Below the pieces are notes generated by a model that searched no databases, was not told where the DNA came from, and was given only the letters and a program-made list of their open reading frames with translations. A stretch of DNA of 64,000 bases. Source: an uncultured Aliarcobacter sp. (lineage in GTDB: Bacteria; Campylobacterota; Campylobacteria; Campylobacterales; Arcobacteraceae). The stretch lies in the NCBI GenBank assembly GCA_963664305.2, contig CAXXLV010000002.1:96001-160000 (forward strand). The letters are read 5' to 3'. A program made the position numbers and the translations under genes. This document shows, piece after piece, positions 44,117 to 53,121 of this stretch; within the stretch, counting starts at the first letter, position 1, and each line of letters opens with the position of its first letter.

Positions 44117-44698
44117 ATGTCAAATAAAGTAATAGGTATAGAATATACATTAAAAGATGCAAAAACTGGTGAACAATTAGATTCAAATGTTGGTCAAGCT
44201 CCATTAGAATTTATTTCAGGAAAAGGACAAATTATTCCTGGATTAGAATCTAAATTAGTTGAAATGGCTGCAAATGAAGAAGCTGATGTTTTAGTTGAAG
44301 CTAAAGATGCGTATGGTGAATATAATGATGAAGCTGTACAAACATTACCAAAAGAACAATTTGCTGGTATTGAATTAGTTGAAGGTATGTCATTATATGG
44401 AACAGGTGAACATGGTGAAACTGTACAAGTTGTAGTTAAATCATTTACTGATTCTGATGTAACAATTGATTACAATCACCCAATGGCTGGTAGAACATTA
44501 ATGTTTACAGTTGCTATTTTATCTTTAAGAGATGCAACTGAAGAAGAAGTACAAACTGGTGTTGTTGGTGGAATGGCTGCTATGGGTGGTGGTTGTTGTG
44601 GTGGCGGAGGTCACTCTCATGGTGGAGGTTCTTGTGGAACTGGTCATGATCATGATCATGGACACGGACACTCTCACGGTGGTTGTGGTTGTCACTAA
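44117..44698 (+). CDS. slyD: FKBP-type peptidyl-prolyl isomerase / metallochaperone SlyD
   Basis: GQIIPGLE, DYNHPMAG, His/Cys/Gly-rich tail. Confidence 0.96.
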   Translation: MSNKVIGIEYTLKDAKTGEQLDSNVGQAPLEFISGKGQIIPGLESKLVEMAANEEADVLVEAKDAYGEYNDEAVQTLPKEQFAGIELVEGMSLYGTGEHGETVQVVVKSFTDSDVTIDYNHPMAGRTLMFTVAILSLRDATEEEVQTGVVGGMAAMGGGCCGGGGHSHGGGSCGTGHDHDHGHGHSHGGCGCH

Positions 44699-44724
44699 TC
44701 TTTTTTATATAAAAAGTTTTTCTC

Positions 44725-44756
44725 TTTGCCCAGATGTATTTATACATTTGGGCAAA
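44725..44756 (+). terminator. Hairpin after slyD
   Basis: TTTGCCCAGATGTA-TTTA-TACATTTGGGCAAA followed by T-rich sequence. Confidence 0.7.
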
Positions 44757-44838
44757 ATTATTTTTTAGGGTTATGAAGTTTAACTTTAAAAAATGATTTT
44801 AATAAATTTAAAACTTATATAATAAAGAGGTATTTAAA

Positions 44839-45768
44839 ATGAAAAAAGTTGCTTTTATATTTCCAGGACAAGGTAGTCAAACTGTTGGAATGGGAAAAGA
44901 TTTTTTTGAAAATAGTGAAATTGCAAAAGATATGATTTCAAAAGCAAGTGATAGATTAGGTATTGATTTTGAAAAACTTTTATTTGAAGAAAATGAAAAT
45001 TTAGGGAAAACTGAATTTACTCAACCTGCTATTTTACTTGTAAGTTCTATTGCAAATGCAATTTTTAAAGAAAAATTAAATATTACACCTGAATTTGTTT
45101 TAGGTCACTCTTTAGGAGAATTTTCAGCGTTAGTTGCTGCTGGTGCAATTGATTATTTAGATGCTGTTGAATTAGTTCATAAAAGAGGTTTATTTATGAC
45201 TGAGGCTTGTACTGGTGGAGGTGCTGGTATGATGGCATTAGTTGGAATTGATGATGCCACAGTTGAAAAAGTGTGTGCTGAACAAAGAGAACTTGGTAAA
45301 AAAGTATGGCCAGCAAACTACAATATGGATGGACAACTAGTACTTGCAGGTATTAAAGCAGATTTAGAATCTTTAGTTGATGTATTTAAAGGTGCAGGTG
45401 CTAAAAGAGCTATTGTTTTAGATATGTCTGTTGCATCACATTGTGAATTATTAACAAGTGCAGTTGAAAATTTAAAACCATATTTACAAGAGTTTTTAAA
45501 AGATGAGTTTTTACCTGTGATTTCAAATGTAAGTACTCAAGCTTATACAACTAAAGATGAAGCTATTGATTTATTAGCTGCTCAACTTACAAGTCCAGTT
45601 AAATATAAACAATCAATTAAAGCTCATGAAGATAAAGTTGATTTATTTATTGAATTTGGAAATGGAATAGTTTTAAAAGGTTTAAATAAAAAAATCACAG
45701 AAAAACCAACTCTGAATGTTTCTGATATGAAAACATTAGAAGCAGTAATAGGTGAATTAAATGACTAA
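44839..45768 (+). CDS. fabD: Malonyl-CoA-ACP transacylase
   Basis: FPGQGSQ, TQPA, GHSLGE, SVASH. Confidence 0.97.
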   Translation: MKKVAFIFPGQGSQTVGMGKDFFENSEIAKDMISKASDRLGIDFEKLLFEENENLGKTEFTQPAILLVSSIANAIFKEKLNITPEFVLGHSLGEFSALVAAGAIDYLDAVELVHKRGLFMTEACTGGGAGMMALVGIDDATVEKVCAEQRELGKKVWPANYNMDGQLVLAGIKADLESLVDVFKGAGAKRAIVLDMSVASHCELLTSAVENLKPYLQEFLKDEFLPVISNVSTQAYTTKDEAIDLLAAQLTSPVKYKQSIKAHEDKVDLFIEFGNGIVLKGLNKKITEKPTLNVSDMKTLEAVIGELND

Positions 45769-46456
45769 ATTAGCAATTATGGGAGCAATGGAAGAGGAAA
45801 TTGAACCTCTTTTAGCTCATTTTGAAAATGTAAATGTAGTTGAATTTGCAAATAATAAATATTATGAAGTTAAATATAATGGTTTAGAAATTGTAGTTGC
45901 TTATTCAAAAATTGGAAAAGTTTTTGCAAGTTTAACAGCTGCAACAATGATAGAAAAATTTGGTTGTGATACACTTTTATTTTCTGGAGTTGCAGGTGGA
46001 ATTAATCCTGAACTTAAAATCGGTGATTTAATTATTGCAGATAAATTATGTCAACATGATTTAGATATTACAGCATTTGGTCATCCAAATGGATATGTTC
46101 CTGGTGGTAAAGTTTTTGTTGAAACTACAAAAAGCTTAAGAGAAATAGCAATTAAAGTTGCAAATGAAAACAATCTAAAAGTAATTGAAGGAACAATTGC
46201 AACTGGTGATCAGTTTGTTCACTCTACTGAAAGAAAAGATTTTATTCAATCTACTTTTAATGCAGATGCTTTAGAAATGGAAGGTGCAAGTGTTGCTGTT
46301 GTTTGTGATGCTTTAAATGTTCCATTCTTTATATTAAGAGCTATCTCTGATACTGCTGATATGGATGCTGGATTTGATTTTGATGAATTCTTAAAATCAA
46401 GTGCTAAAAATTCTGCAGATTATTTAATTAAGATTGTAAAAGAATTAATTAAATAA
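45761..46456 (+). CDS. mtnN: 5'-methylthioadenosine/S-adenosylhomocysteine nucleosidase
   Basis: IMGAMEEE, KIGKV, TGDQF, EMEGAS, RAISD. Confidence 0.96.
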   Translation: MTKLAIMGAMEEEIEPLLAHFENVNVVEFANNKYYEVKYNGLEIVVAYSKIGKVFASLTAATMIEKFGCDTLLFSGVAGGINPELKIGDLIIADKLCQHDLDITAFGHPNGYVPGGKVFVETTKSLREIAIKVANENNLKVIEGTIATGDQFVHSTERKDFIQSTFNADALEMEGASVAVVCDALNVPFFILRAISDTADMDAGFDFDEFLKSSAKNSADYLIKIVKELIK

Positions 46457-46530
46457 ATTTTTTAAAAAATAGAGTTGAAATTAAATAAATATTTCAACTT
46501 TATCTTTTTTGTCTATTTTTTCTCATTTAA

Positions 46531-46564
46531 AACCCTCTTTTAACACTCTTAGCAATGATAAAGT
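46531..46564 (+). promoter_or_regulatory. Candidate activator-dependent promoter of the AGCS transporter gene
   Basis: AACCCTCTT (46531) and AACACTCTT (46542) repeat with an 11-bp period, followed by TGA-TAAAGT extended -10 (46556-46564). Confidence 0.5.
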
Positions 46565-46588
46565 TTTCTAATATAAAAAGGAGACAAG

Positions 46589-48025
46589 ATGTTAGCTGAA
46601 ATAAATACATTTTTAAGTGATCTTATTTGGGGTTCTATATTAATTTATTTACTACCAATATTAGGATTGTTTTTTACAGTAAGTTCTAGATTTGTACAAT
46701 TTAGATATTTTTTTAAGATGTTTCATATTTTAAGAGAAACAGTTAGAGATAAAGAGGGTCATATCTCTTCTTTTCAAGCTTTAATGCTTAGTGTTGCTGG
46801 ACGTGTTGGTGGTGGAAATATTGCCGGTGTTGCTGTTGCTATAACGCTAGGTGGTCCAGGTGCTGTTTTTTGGATGTGGGTTATTGCTCTTGTAGGAATG
46901 GCAACAAGTTTCTTTGAATGTTCTTTAGCTCAATTATATAAAGAAAAAGATGGTATAGATTCTTGTGTTTATAGAGGTGGTCCTGCATACTATGCAACAA
47001 AAGCATTAAAACAAAGATGGTTAGGTGTGGTTATTTCTGTTTTATTAATGTTTACTTTTGGTTTTGCATTTAATGCGACTCAATCATTTATTATTTCAAC
47101 TTCTTTTGAAGCTTCATTTAATCTTCCAACTTGGGTAACTGGATTAGCATTAACTTTAGTTTTTGGTGTTACTATTTTTGGTGGGGTAAGAAGAATTGCT
47201 AGAATGTCTGAAGTTATTGTTCCAATTATGGCTTTAGGATATTTACTTATTGCTTTAGTTGTTATAGTTTTAAATCTTGATAAAATTCCTTCTTTAATCG
47301 TTATGATTGTAACTGAAGCATTTAATCCAAGTTCTGCAATTGGTGGAGGAATTGGAGCTGTTATTATTCAAGGTGCAAAAAGAGGTATGTTCTCAAATGA
47401 AGCGGGACTTGGAAGTGCACCAAATGTTGCAGCAGTTGCTTATGTAGCACATCCTGTTCAACAAGGAATAGTACAATCTTTTTCAGTATTTATTGATACA
47501 ATAATTTTATGTTCTTGTACAGCATTTATTATTCTTTTATCTGGTGTTTATACTCCAGGAATCAGTGGTGTTCAAGGGGTTTTATTAACTCAAAATGCTT
47601 TAATTGAACATATTGGACCATTTGGTGGAGTTTTTGTAACTCTTGCATTATTCTTATTTGGTTTCTCATCTATGATTTATAACTATTATTTAGCTGAAAA
47701 TAGTTTAAATTTCTTTAGTAAAGGAAATGTAACAGTATTTAATATTTTTAGAACATTATGTATTTTACTTGTTATTTGGGGTTCATTCCAAGATTTAAGT
47801 TCTATTTTTGCATTCTCTGACTTATCTATGGGATTATTAGCAATCATCAATATGATAGTTATTGCAATATTATACAAACCAGTACTTCAATTAATTAGAG
47901 GTTATGAAAGACAGTTAAAAGAAGGAAAAGTTCCAGTTCTTAGATACAATGATTATACAGAATTTAATTTTGACAAAGAAACGTGGAAAGAGATTGTTGA
48001 TAATATCAACGATAAAAAAGATTAA
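46589..48025 (+). CDS. Alanine/glycine:cation symporter (AGCS/AlsT family) amino-acid transporter
   Basis: AGRVGGGNIAGVA, GGPGAVFWMW, RGMFSNEAGLGSAP, VFIDT. Confidence 0.95.
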   Translation: MLAEINTFLSDLIWGSILIYLLPILGLFFTVSSRFVQFRYFFKMFHILRETVRDKEGHISSFQALMLSVAGRVGGGNIAGVAVAITLGGPGAVFWMWVIALVGMATSFFECSLAQLYKEKDGIDSCVYRGGPAYYATKALKQRWLGVVISVLLMFTFGFAFNATQSFIISTSFEASFNLPTWVTGLALTLVFGVTIFGGVRRIARMSEVIVPIMALGYLLIALVVIVLNLDKIPSLIVMIVTEAFNPSSAIGGGIGAVIIQGAKRGMFSNEAGLGSAPNVAAVAYVAHPVQQGIVQSFSVFIDTIILCSCTAFIILLSGVYTPGISGVQGVLLTQNALIEHIGPFGGVFVTLALFLFGFSSMIYNYYLAENSLNFFSKGNVTVFNIFRTLCILLVIWGSFQDLSSIFAFSDLSMGLLAIINMIVIAILYKPVLQLIRGYERQLKEGKVPVLRYNDYTEFNFDKETWKEIVDNINDKKD

Positions 48026-48045
48026 GAGTTAACTCTTAATCTTTT
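48016..48045. repeat. Perfect 30-bp palindrome spanning the transporter stop codon (probable terminator)
   Basis: AAAAGATTAAGAGTTAACTCTTAATCTTTT equals its own reverse complement. Confidence 0.85.
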
Positions 48046-48097
48046 AAGCAATTTTTAGACATCATACAAACTAAAAGATATAAGTAAAGGTTTTTTT

Positions 48098-49222
48098 ATG
48101 TTTAATAAAGAAGGAATACCATTTTTTATTATAGTTATACCTTTTTTATCAATATTATTTGTATCTTTCCTTTCAATCTCATACTATTTAAAACTATCAA
48201 ATGAAACTTATCAAACTGAAATAAATGAATATAAAAGACTTCATTTAAATAAATTAAGTGATACACAAATTGTTAATACATTTTTAGAAATAAAAATCAA
48301 AGAGCATGAAAAAGAAGAAAAAAAATTTAAAAAATTTTTACTTACTGCAACAGCTGTAATTTTAACTTTTATGGTACTTTTTACTTTTTTAATGTTATCA
48401 ATTATAAAAGATGTTATAAAAAAATATAAATTACAAGTTCAAAATAGAGAAAATGCTCTTGAAAGTTTAAATGAAAATTTATCTTTAAAAGTAAAACAAG
48501 GAATTGAAGAGGCTAAACAAAAAGATAGAAAAATTTTAGAACAAGCAAAACTTGCAAGAATTGGTTCTATGATTAGTATGATTGCTCATCAATGGCGACA
48601 ACCTTTAAGTCAATTATCTGGAATTTTGATGGAGTTGGAAACTACAACAAGATTTAAAAAAGTAGATAATGATTATATTTTAAATGCTATTGATAAAAGT
48701 GATAAAATGATTGAATTTATGTCAAATACAATAGATGATTTTAGAAACTTCTATAAACCAGACAAGAAAAAAGAAGACTTTTATGTTTCTGATACTTGTA
48801 AAAAAGCCATCAATATTATTGATGCGACTTTAGAAAATCTTGGAATAAATCTGATTTTAGATATAAAAGAAGATAAAAAGATTTTTGGTTATCCAACAGA
48901 ATTTTCTCAAGTTATCTTAAATATTATAAGTAATGCAAAAGATGTTTTAATTGAAAAAAATATAAAAAATCCAAAGATAGGGATAAATATTGAAACAAAA
49001 GGTATTTTATCAATAATTACTATAAAAGATAATGCAGGTGGAATTGAAGAAAAAAATTTAGAGTTGATATTTGACCCATATTATAGTACTAAAGATTCTT
49101 CAAAAGGGACTGGGCTTGGTCTTTATATTTCAAAATTGATTATTGAGCGAAATATGGGTGGAGAGTTAAGCGTATCAAATGACAGTGAAGGTGCTGTTTT
49201 TAAAATAGTTGTAGCAGGATAA
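48098..49222 (+). CDS. Sensor histidine kinase with two TMs and a short periplasmic loop
   Basis: H-box MIAHQWRQP, DNAGGI, GTGLGLY. Confidence 0.93.
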   Translation: MFNKEGIPFFIIVIPFLSILFVSFLSISYYLKLSNETYQTEINEYKRLHLNKLSDTQIVNTFLEIKIKEHEKEEKKFKKFLLTATAVILTFMVLFTFLMLSIIKDVIKKYKLQVQNRENALESLNENLSLKVKQGIEEAKQKDRKILEQAKLARIGSMISMIAHQWRQPLSQLSGILMELETTTRFKKVDNDYILNAIDKSDKMIEFMSNTIDDFRNFYKPDKKKEDFYVSDTCKKAINIIDATLENLGINLILDIKEDKKIFGYPTEFSQVILNIISNAKDVLIEKNIKNPKIGINIETKGILSIITIKDNAGGIEEKNLELIFDPYYSTKDSSKGTGLGLYISKLIIERNMGGELSVSNDSEGAVFKIVVAG

Positions 49223-49226
49223 AAAA

Positions 49227-49907
49227 ATGAAACCAGAATTAATTGAAGAGTTAAAAAATATTTCTATTTTATGTGTAGAAGATGAAGATGGAATTCGAGA
49301 AACAATTGTTAATACTCTTAATTACTATTTCAAAGATGTTTATGAAGCTTCAAGTGGAAATGAAGGATTTGAACTTTATGAGTATTATAAACCAAAAATT
49401 GTAATAACTGATATTCAAATGAGAGATGGAAATGGTGTTGATTTAGTTAAACGAATTAGAGAAAATGATTTTGAAACGATGATTATTATGTTAACAGCTC
49501 ATTCAAATGAAGAGAGTTTAATGGACTTGATAAATCTAAATATAAATCATTATATTCTAAAACCATTAAATCTAAAAAAATTGTCACAAGCTTTGGAAAA
49601 ATATCTTGTTAAATCTTCAAAAGCAGTAATGTTAAGTGATGATTTACTTTTTGATTTACAAAAAAGAGAATTAGTTTATAAAAACAGTGAAATAATTCCT
49701 TTAAGAAAGAGAGAAAAAGATTTTTTATATCTTTTATATGAAAAAAAAGGTTCTATTTTAAAATATGAAGAAATAGAGTTTGAACTATGGAATGATAAGG
49801 AGATGACAACACATGCTTTAAAATCATTTATAAAAGAATTGAGAAATAAATTACCAATAAATGTAATCAAAAATGTACCTCAAGAGGGATATACTTTACA
49901 AAAATAA
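49227..49907 (+). CDS. OmpR/PhoB-family response regulator
   Basis: VEDED, ITDIQM, YILKP; winged helix (LKSFIKELRNKL...GY). Confidence 0.93.
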   Translation: MKPELIEELKNISILCVEDEDGIRETIVNTLNYYFKDVYEASSGNEGFELYEYYKPKIVITDIQMRDGNGVDLVKRIRENDFETMIIMLTAHSNEESLMDLINLNINHYILKPLNLKKLSQALEKYLVKSSKAVMLSDDLLFDLQKRELVYKNSEIIPLRKREKDFLYLLYEKKGSILKYEEIEFELWNDKEMTTHALKSFIKELRNKLPINVIKNVPQEGYTLQK

Positions 49908-49912
49908 TAAAA

Positions 49913-49944
49913 GACACTTTTTGCATACTTTTATTTTATAAGAT
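49913..49944 (+). promoter_or_regulatory. Candidate activator-dependent promoter of aspA
   Basis: GACACTTTT (49913) and CATACTTTT (49924) repeat with an 11-bp period, followed by TAAGAT -10 (49939-49944). Confidence 0.45.
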
Positions 49945-49973
49945 TTTAAAAATTATTAATCATAAGGATTTTT

Positions 49974-51386
49974 ATGGAAAAGCAATATAGAATTGAAAAA
50001 GATTTTTTAGGTGAAAAAGAGATAGAAACAAGTAAATATTATGGAATTCAAACTTTAAGAGCAAAAGAGAATTTTGATATAACAAAAACAAGTTTATCTT
50101 TATTTCCAAATTTTATAAAATCACTTGCAAAAGTTAAAAAAGCTTGTGCTTTAACTAACTATGAATTAGGTGATTTAACGGATGTTCAAAAAGATGCAAT
50201 TATTCAAGCTTGTAATGAGATAATTGATGGAAAATTTAGAGATCAATTTATTGTTGACCCAATTCAAGGTGGAGCTGGAACTTCTACAAATATGAATGTA
50301 AATGAAGTTATAGCAAATAGGGCTTTAGAAATTCTTGGAAAACCAAAAAGTTCTTATGACATCATTCATCCAAATAATCATATAAATATGAGTCAATCAA
50401 CAAATGACGTTTATCCAACAGCAATAAAATTAACTTTACATGAATTAATCTACAAACTAAAAGACAGTTTAAGATTTTTAAGAGATTGTTTTGAAGAAAA
50501 ATCTATCGAATTTAAAGATATTTTAAAAATGGGAAGAACTCAGCTTCAAGATGCTGTTCCTATGACTTTAGGACAAGAATTTAAAACATTTGCAGTAATG
50601 ATTGATGAAGATATTTTTAGATTAAGAGAGTGTCAAGCTCTTTTAAAAGAGGTAAATTTAGGTGCTACTGCAATTGGTACTGGAATTAATACAAAAGCTG
50701 CTTATCAAAGAAAAGTAATCTCAAATTTAAGAGAAGTTACTGGTGTTGATTATATAAGTGCAGGAGATTTAATTGAAGCTACACAGGATACTGGAGCATT
50801 TGTTCATATTTCTGGTGTTTTAAAAAGAGTTGCTATTAAAATCTCAAAAATTTGTAATGACTTAAGACTATTAAGTAGTGGACCAAGAGCTGGATTAAAT
50901 GAGATTAATTTACCACCATTACAACCAGGAAGTTCAATCATGCCTGGAAAAGTAAATCCAGTTATTCCAGAAGTTGTAAATCAAGTTGCTTTTGATGTTA
51001 TTGGTGCAGATACAACTATTTCAATTGCAAGTGAGCATGGACAATTACAGTTAAATGTATTTGAGCCATTAATTGCATATAAACTATTTAATTCAATAAA
51101 CATGATGAGAAGAGCATTTTACTCTTTAGGTGAAAAATGTGTTAAAGGAATTACAGCAAACGAAGAAGTTTGTATGAATAATATTTTAAATTCTGTGACA
51201 CTTGTTACTTGTTTAAATCCAATTTTAGGATATGAAAAAAGCTCAAGTATTGCAAAAGAGGCTTTAAAAACAAACAAAAGAGTTTATGACATTATCTTAG
51301 AACAAAAATTATTTACAAAAGAAGAGTTAGATGAACTTTTACAACCAAAAAATATGGTTCACAATTATGATAAAGGAATGAAATGA
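49974..51386 (+). CDS. aspA: Aspartate ammonia-lyase
   Basis: QGGAGTSTNMN, SQSTNDVYPT, KMGRTQLQDA, GSSIMPGKVNP, LQLNVFEP. Confidence 0.95.
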   Translation: MEKQYRIEKDFLGEKEIETSKYYGIQTLRAKENFDITKTSLSLFPNFIKSLAKVKKACALTNYELGDLTDVQKDAIIQACNEIIDGKFRDQFIVDPIQGGAGTSTNMNVNEVIANRALEILGKPKSSYDIIHPNNHINMSQSTNDVYPTAIKLTLHELIYKLKDSLRFLRDCFEEKSIEFKDILKMGRTQLQDAVPMTLGQEFKTFAVMIDEDIFRLRECQALLKEVNLGATAIGTGINTKAAYQRKVISNLREVTGVDYISAGDLIEATQDTGAFVHISGVLKRVAIKISKICNDLRLLSSGPRAGLNEINLPPLQPGSSIMPGKVNPVIPEVVNQVAFDVIGADTTISIASEHGQLQLNVFEPLIAYKLFNSINMMRRAFYSLGEKCVKGITANEEVCMNNILNSVTLVTCLNPILGYEKSSSIAKEALKTNKRVYDIILEQKLFTKEELDELLQPKNMVHNYDKGMK

Positions 51387-51871
51387 AAATAACAGTATTA
51401 AATACAGGTGGAACTTTTAATAAAAGATATAATCCATTAAAAGGTGAACTTGAAGTTCCAACAGATAATATCGCTTTAGATGAGATAATTGAAAGTTGTT
51501 TTAATATTGAATTTGAAATTAAAAATGTAATTTCAAAAGATAGTTTAGAAATAGATAACGATGATAGAGATTATCTTGTAAAAACTATAAATGAAAGTAG
51601 TGAAAATATTATCATAGTTCATGGAACAGATACTATTGATATAACTTCAAAATATATTGATGAAAGAGTTAAAGATAAAAAGATAGTAATGACAGGTGCA
51701 ATGGTTCCTATGAGTATAAAAAAAGTTGAAGCAACTTTAAATTTTGCACAAGCAATAGGGTTTTTAAATGCACCAATATCAAATGGAGTTTATATTTCTA
51801 TGCACGGATGTGTGACAAATTATGCTAAACTTTTGAAAAATAGACAATTAGGACAATTTCTAATTTCATAA
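51383..51871 (+). CDS. Short-chain L-asparaginase (N-terminal catalytic domain only)
   Basis: NTGGTF and HGTDT catalytic motifs, TGAMVP; 162 aa; ATGA overlap with aspA. Confidence 0.85.
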   Translation: MKITVLNTGGTFNKRYNPLKGELEVPTDNIALDEIIESCFNIEFEIKNVISKDSLEIDNDDRDYLVKTINESSENIIIVHGTDTIDITSKYIDERVKDKKIVMTGAMVPMSIKKVEATLNFAQAIGFLNAPISNGVYISMHGCVTNYAKLLKNRQLGQFLIS

Positions 51872-51880
51872 AGGATTTAG

Positions 51881-52480
51881 ATGAAAGAGTTTTTAGAAGT
51901 TTTAAAATCTTGTGGCTATGATGCTTCATTTGTAAAAAATAAAAATGAAGCATTAGAGTTAGCAAAAACATATATCAAACCAAATATGAGTGTTGGACTT
52001 GGTGGAAGTGTAAGTGTTCAAGAAATAGGATTATTAGACTATATATTAAATCAAAAAGATATAAAAGTTTTTAACCAATATGAAGATGGCATTTCTATGG
52101 AAGAGAATATTCATAGAAGAAGACAAGGTTTAGTTTCTGATATTTTTATCTCAAGTACAAATGCAATTACAAAAGACGGAAAACTTGTAAATGCAGACGG
52201 AAGTGGAAATAGAGTAGCTGCTCTTTCTTATGGACCAACAAATGTTTTATTGATTGTTGGTATTAATAAAATAGTTGATACTTTAGAAGATGGTTTTAAA
52301 AGAGTCATGGAAGTTGCAGCTGTTAAAAATATAAAAAGAATAAACAACAAAGCAATAGAAATGGGAAAAGAACCAAAATATAATCTTGAAAATATTGCAA
52401 ATAAATTCTCTTGGGTTAAAGGTGATGATATAAAAGGAAGAATAATTGTCATCTTAGTTGATGAAGAATTAGGATATTAA
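51881..52480 (+). CDS. LUD-domain (LutC/YkgG-like) protein
   Basis: GLGGSVSVQEIG, SSTNAITKDGKLVNADGSGNRVA, VGINKIV, EELGY. Confidence 0.85.
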   Translation: MKEFLEVLKSCGYDASFVKNKNEALELAKTYIKPNMSVGLGGSVSVQEIGLLDYILNQKDIKVFNQYEDGISMEENIHRRRQGLVSDIFISSTNAITKDGKLVNADGSGNRVAALSYGPTNVLLIVGINKIVDTLEDGFKRVMEVAAVKNIKRINNKAIEMGKEPKYNLENIANKFSWVKGDDIKGRIIVILVDEELGY

Positions 52481-52503
52481 GAGTTAGAAAATCTAACTCT
52501 TAA
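52477..52503. terminator. Bidirectional hairpin between the LUD gene and the ferritin gene
   Basis: TTAAGAGTTAGA-AAA-TCTAACTCTTAA containing both stop codons. Confidence 0.75.
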
Positions 52504-53012
52504 GCTTTTAGTGTTGGGTCAACAAATACTCTTGTAGCCAATTCTTGGTCAATTACATAAAGACCATAACCATTATCTCCAATAAGTTTTATCTTATCAA
52601 TAATAGTGTTTAAAGTTGCCTCTTCTTCTACTTGTTCTGTTACATACCATTGAAGCATATTGTATGTTGCATGGTCTTTATTTTTCATAGTTAAATCACT
52701 AAGTTCATTTAGATATGAACTCATTGAAATTTCATGAACAAGAGCTTTTTCAAAAGCATCTAAAATAGATTCAAATTCAACATTAACTTTTTTAATTTCG
52801 GGTAAGTCAATTTTAACTTGATGACTCTCTAAATATTTAAACAATTTCATTGCATGGGCAAGTTCTTCTTGATACTGAACTAAAAACCAATTTGCAGATC
52901 CAGCTAGTCCTATTTTAGAAGCATAAGCAGACATTCCTAAATATATATAAGAAGATTGGAATTCTCTATTTAACTGTATAATTAACGCATTTGCAACTTC
53001 ATTTTTTAGCAT
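52500..53012 (-). CDS. ftnA: Non-haem ferritin
   Basis: QLNREFQSSYIYLGMSAY, EELAHA, LQWYVTEQVEEE. Confidence 0.93.
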   Translation of the reverse strand: MLKNEVANALIIQLNREFQSSYIYLGMSAYASKIGLAGSANWFLVQYQEELAHAMKLFKYLESHQVKIDLPEIKKVNVEFESILDAFEKALVHEISMSSYLNELSDLTMKNKDHATYNMLQWYVTEQVEEEATLNTIIDKIKLIGDNGYGLYVIDQELATRVFVDPTLKA

Positions 53013-53121
53013 ATGAACTCCTTAATTTTAATTGTGTTCAGTATACAAGAATTATTCTTTAAAATTAAAATAACATAACTTTAGATAAAATGCCCAAAAA
53101 TAAAAAATAGGACTTTATAAA

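Noticed and set aside
53013..53121. Fur/PerR boxes upstream of ftnA (also checked upstream of sodB and dpsL)
   Set aside because: No convincing 7-1-7 or 19-bp match distinguishable from the AT-rich background.
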